This document shows positions 59,430-64,000 of a stretch of DNA of 64,000 nucleotides, in pieces (position 1 is the stretch's first letter; each line of letters begins with the position of its first letter). The stretch is taken from assembly GCA_009103225.1 (NCBI GenBank), contig RHPI01002069.1:2645768-2709767 (forward strand). The letters are read 5' to 3'. The stretch comes from Chlorokybus atmophyticus (lineage: Eukaryota; Plantae; Mesostigma and Chlorokybus algae). A program made the translations under genes and the position numbers. Below the pieces are notes generated by a model. That model ran no database searches. It saw nothing but the letters and a program-made list of their open reading frames with translations, and was not told the origin of the DNA.

Positions 59430-61000
59430 CAGTCTACCCTCCCAACGAGCGGTGCGGCTGATTGGGCGTGTGATTGGGCCGGCCGGCCGGCCGGCATTAG
59501 GCACAAGAGACACACCATCAGGCCATCAGTGACATACGGCACCCGCGACTGCCGGGCTGCGCGGTATGCGCGGCCCGCCTGCCTCTCATTGGCTAGGCGG
59601 CAATTATTAGCTATCGGCCGTTCAATCTGTCAACACAAATCTCGACCGTCCAAAGCTCATCCCCATGTCATGCAACTGCTCAAAGTATATGCGAACTATA
59701 TATATACTTTATTTATGATGTTCCTGATAACTATATGCAATTATGACTACATATAATATTATGCATTGTAATTTATAGCAATAAGATATATGTGTATCAT
59801 AAGTGCAAAATTTATATGATATATACGCACTTATATATGAGTAATCTTATATCATACAAACATTACACTATATATAAATGAAAGATATACATATATATCA
59901 TAAAATGATACATAGCATTATACACATTATATGCATATAATAATATACTATGTTTCATATATATATATATAATTTGATGTGCATAATATATACGTTACAT
60001 GTGATCTTTTATACATAATATATATATATATATTATATAATATATATACATATAATACATATAATATATATTGCAAAAAATGACAACAATATAGTGCACA
60101 TTTGGCGGCATATGGTTTCACATGGCTTATATGATCTGAACATGTCCCACATGTATTAAGATGATACATTAAGTACTAGGGTCAAGTGCCATAACTTGGG
60201 GATGCTTTTGAGTTTTTAGTTCTGAGTTTTGAGTTTGAAGTCCAGCAATGAGGGCGTGCAAAGGTGCAAATCCACATGCACAATATCTCTGATGTGTAGC
60301 AAAATGTTGCGATATGATAACATATGCGGCGATATGGTGCAACATGGTGCGATATTAGCAAATGCTGTTAAGTGTTTTAAAACTTAATAATCAACGTAAC
60401 GTTCACGCCACGGTACGTGCTGCGATACTCAGTAAATAATGCCAAGGTTACGACCATCAAAATAATGCTAACCTGAATTACCTTAACATTAAGATTCAAC
60501 TAAACGAAAAATCGCATCGTTAGGCCACCATTTGGTCACGCATGAGATTGATCAAATGGAATCCCAACGGTGACAACACTCAGTTGCTCAAAAAGGCAGC
60601 GAAATAACCAATCATTGCAAAGATGCGTAAAAGATGCTGAAAAATATCTCAACGGCAACCGCCTACCAACGGCGACCAAAATCTGCTATGGATTTTGTGC
60701 AATTGCGGCACAATTAGTGGTTAAAACGGCCGCGTTTTTGGCGGTACGAGGTCGGGGCAGGTCCCATACCCCAAAGACATGCCGCCACTACTCACCCTCG
60801 TTCTAACTAATCCACTCTACCCTTTAACGCTAATTGATTACACGCTATAGTTACTGCGTCATCAAACATGGTCAACACCCGAATAAGAACCACGTTTGTC
60901 CCCGCAGTCTTTGGTTCTTATACCGAGGGGTTCTTACCTCGAAATAAGAACAATTGTTCTTATTGAAAGGTACCTCGCCATAAAAACATTTGCGCTTATA
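59430..61000. repeat. Interrupted terminal inverted repeat and subterminal ATAAGAAC/GTTCTTA motifs of the pogo element
   Basis: TA|CAGTCTACCCTCCC at 59428-59443, continued after the insertion by ATAAGAACC (60883) and several TAAGAAC/GTTCTTA copies to about 60965. Confidence 0.6.
59446..60882 (-). mobile_element. Complete ~1.44-kb non-autonomous Helitron/Helentron-like element inserted in a pogo TIR
   Basis: Both family termini are present (T|TCGGGTGTTGACC … CAGCCGCACCGCTCG|TT on the minus strand), with no TSD and an AT-rich interior. Removing it rejoins TA|CAGTCTACCCTCCCA…ATAAGAACC. Confidence 0.75.
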
Positions 61001-61569
61001 TAAAGGTAAATACCTTTTTGTAGCAAAACGCTCAGTTACTAGTTCAAGTCTGAGCTAATGCCATACACATCAACAGTTAAAACTTACACAAAAGCCTTCA
61101 TAGCATAATACACCATGCCTTATGAGAAAATTGTAAGCAGTCACATTACATCTTAATTACTTAACAACATGCGCATGCTCATGCACTGACTGGCCCCATA
61201 GGTTGTATACTTTGCTATGTGTGCTGCAGGAGTATACTTCTATGATGGTCTTATGTTATTGCTGATGTCTGAGGTTAGTGCGTTACGGTAGTCTAGCATA
61301 GCTTGATGCACATAGCGGCATTGACCCCTCCCTGACCTCCCTGAATTTGCATCATTCATATGGTGTGTAGTAGATGCAGCCGTAACAAATGCATGCCCAA
61401 AGCCTGGAGGGTTGTATGGGTGAATGCAATGAGAGCATGCGGCATTGCAGTGTGCTGATGCAATTATACTATGCGCGATGCCGCCACATACACAATCAAC
61501 ATGCTCATACCACCTATGAGGCACAGTGCAACCACTTTACCTATAGTCTCATTAGGCAACCAGCTGTAG

Positions 61570-63826
61570 CTATGCATCTCCACAAAAGTCTAGTATGCTA
61601 GTCTGTCGTAGGCGACCATCATTGGCTATTGCCATCTTTGTAACTCTTTTGGTGCACCGCTCCACCCATGTAATGTCTGCTGCATCAAAGACCTCCGGGT
61701 TGTCTGCAACAAAAGTAGCCAACTTCTCTACGCACTGCATTGCTATCGGCACAGATACGGGCTCCGGCATTACTTCTTCAATGTCGTCATCGTCAGCACG
61801 CGCTTCATCAACATCCACACCAACCACTGGCTCATGCATAGCTAACAGCTCAGCAGGGGTCAACTCAGCCTCCACCATGTTCTCGCCAGGTAGATCCACA
61901 TAGTCTTCTGCTGAGAGCGGGTCATCAATGCCAAGCTTTGCAATCAGCTGATCAAGCTCGACGCATTGCTCAGTTGCCGCGTCTTGAACTTGGCGAGAGG
62001 ACCGTGTCAGGATGTCATCATCACGTGTGCTGAAAAACCAAGCTGTGGGCCACAGATCCGCTTTGATGAAGCAGTTCTTGATAATGGTTGCCGGCATTTC
62101 GTCCCACACACCTGCAGACCACAATAAGGCTTGCTTCTCAGAAGGCTTGACGTCATTGAGCGAGGTCCCTGGATTGAGCTCCAGCACAGCAAGCAGCCAT
62201 GACACCAACTGCTTCTTGTAGCGCATCTTGAATGCCGCGATGATGCCTTGGTCCATGGGCTGAATTTTTGACGTGGTGTTGGGCGGCAAGAAGACCAGCG
62301 TGATGTGCGACGACTTGGTCACCTCAAGGCCGTACAGTGTCTCATGCTGGGCACCTATCCATGACAACCAGCCGTAAGTGCTTTTTATATGCAAAGATTC
62401 ATCTGAAACAGGACGGCCAGCGTACCCTTTAGCTGATGGCATGAGGCATTATCCAGGAGAATGACAATGTGACGATTAGCACTCCCCATCCGGTTGTTCA
62501 GACCGCGCATATACTCTTCAAAGATGCGCATGGTCATCCATGCCTTGCGATTGCTCAACCAATGAACAAAGTTGAGGGGATTGAAGCTTTTGCCAAAAGA
62601 TCGCGGTCTCTGACTCTTGTTGATGAGGAGCAGCTTTAGTTTTTCAGAGCCATCTGCATTGGCGCCAAACAGGACGGTGATGCGCTGCTTTGCCTTTTTG
62701 TTGCCGCGCACTTCATCACTCGCGAAAGCCAGGGTGCGATCAGGTGTGGCCCTGATGTACAAGGCGCCTTCGTCAATGTTAAAGGTGTTGACAGGTTCAG
62801 CGCCCAACTCTTGCAGCACTTTGGGGACGGCAGCTCTCGCAAGATCTACGCCTTCCATGTCAGCGTCAGCGCCTTCGCCATGAGCTTTCTTGCATATAAT
62901 TTCATGCCTGCACGTGCTGATGTCAGCGCCATTGCTGACATTGTTGTACGTGCTGATGCATATGTAAGTGCATGAACATGATCACTTGCAGGTTCTGCTG
63001 CACATGCATATGCATGTGCAAGTGCTGGTGCGCGTGCATGATAAGTTGCAGGTGCTGCTACACATGCACCAGCACGCGCACATGCACACGTGCGTATGCA
63101 TGTGCGAGTGCTGGTGCGCCAGCATGATCAGTTGCAGGTGCTGCTGCACATGCAAGCATGTGCAAGTGCTGGTGCGTGTGCATGATCGATTGCAGGTGCT
63201 GCTGCACATGCATATGCATGTGTAAGTGCTGGTGCACGTGCATCATAAGTTGCAGGTGCTGCTGCACATGCATATGCATGTGCAAGTGCTGGTGCGCGTG
63301 CATATGCATCTGCATGCGCATGTACATGTGCATATGCATGTGCAATTGGCACGACATGTGCTCACCTTTTTTTAAATTTCTCAAGCCAACCATTTGACGC
63401 CTTGAATGCGTCTGCAAGAAGACCATGCTCTTGTGCTAGCTGCAGCGCATGTTCTTGTAAAACAATGTCTAAGATTGACAACGATGCTGCTCGGGCCTGT
63501 TGACACATGCACGCATGTCACCAACTTGCAAGTAATCACACGCAACCAAGCTTACATGTACATACCACTCTAAACCAAGTCAAGAGCGCCTGCTCAATGA
63601 TTTCATATTTCACTCTACGGTTGGTCTTTTGAGATGCAGCTTGCTTATCATCAAGCTGCAACAACCTATCTTGTTGTTGCAAAAGCTTTGTCAATGTTAA
63701 ACGCGAAATGGAGAGCTTCAGCTGTTTCTTCACTTCACAAGCAAACTTGTCATGAGTTAATGCGCTGAGTTGAACTCGCAGTTGACAAATTTGCTTTTTC
63801 TGCAAGTCAGTCAACCGCGTCCGCAT
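61570..63826 (-). CDS. Intact, spliced pogo/Tigger (CENP-B-like) DDD transposase, 552 aa, 4 exons
   Basis: Exons 63566-63826, 63366-63496, 62426-62907, 61570-62354 join in phase with no stops. Two HTH regions (LTDLQKKQIC; FKASNGWLEKFKKRH) and the triad FNIDEG / ILLDNASCH / FLPPNTTSKIQPMDQG. An alternative ATG lies at 63841. Confidence 0.9.
62960..63350 (+). repeat. ~60-bp minisatellite (about 5 units) inside intron 2 of the pogo transposase
   Basis: Repeated CAGGTGCTGCTGCACATGCATATGCATGTGCAAGTGCTGGTGCGCGTGCATGAT-like units. Confidence 0.85.
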
Positions 63827-63849
63827 CTTGAGTGATCGCATGCTGCCAA

Positions 63850-64000
63850 CACACACAGACAGTAAGTAGCAGCACACACACGCGCAGCAGCGCACTGACG
63901 CAGCAACACACTGACACAGCCACACAATCGCACACACACACGCCACAACGCACTGACACAGCAACACACACACACGCACACACACACACACACACACACA
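63850..64000 (+). repeat. CA-rich microsatellite running off the window end
   Basis: Imperfect, then perfect, (CA)n. Confidence 0.9.

Noticed and set aside
1-64000. TnpB/Fanzor, tyrosine recombinase, reverse transcriptase, capsid or giant-virus core genes
   Set aside because: No RuvC, YR, YxDD or capsid motifs recognised in any listed ORF or in the manually joined frames.

Overview
Eukaryotic nuclear DNA with short GT-AG introns and CA/TG-rich spacers. It is probably a green alga, possibly an early-diverging streptophyte; this is inferred from a green-algal-type cytochrome c, a plant-type FYVE-ankyrin gene and a plant-U-box-like gene. Spliced genes with phase-consistent models built by hand: a NUMOD3-motif protein (718-2847, -); a FYVE-ankyrin protein (3169-5210, +, two GC-AG introns); a hAT-transposase-derived gene with substituted catalytic residues (25007-28037, -); cytochrome c (51758-52517, +); a U-box/EF-hand/ZZ/ARM-like protein (55175-58859, -); and an intact 4-exon pogo-family transposase (61570-63826, -). 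Most of the rest is nested, decayed mobile DNA: an RLE-type LINE tail, hAT remnants, a Plavaka (CACTA-related) transposase convergent with a phage-type C5 DNA methyltransferase pseudogene, a gag-only retroelement, a pogo/Fot1 remnant, a Helitron/Helentron-like element (PIF1 helicase, with GIY-YIG and RING genes between its candidate ends) plus non-autonomous copies, an AcademX-like transposon, MITEs and motif clusters. One assembly gap lies at 54789-54999. Top candidate for a new system: a DNA-transposon neighbourhood carrying a chromatin-reader-fused, phage-like cytosine methyltransferase (about 11.8-17.3 kb, possibly extending to 20.6 kb). All family calls come from manual motif recognition; no database search was run.
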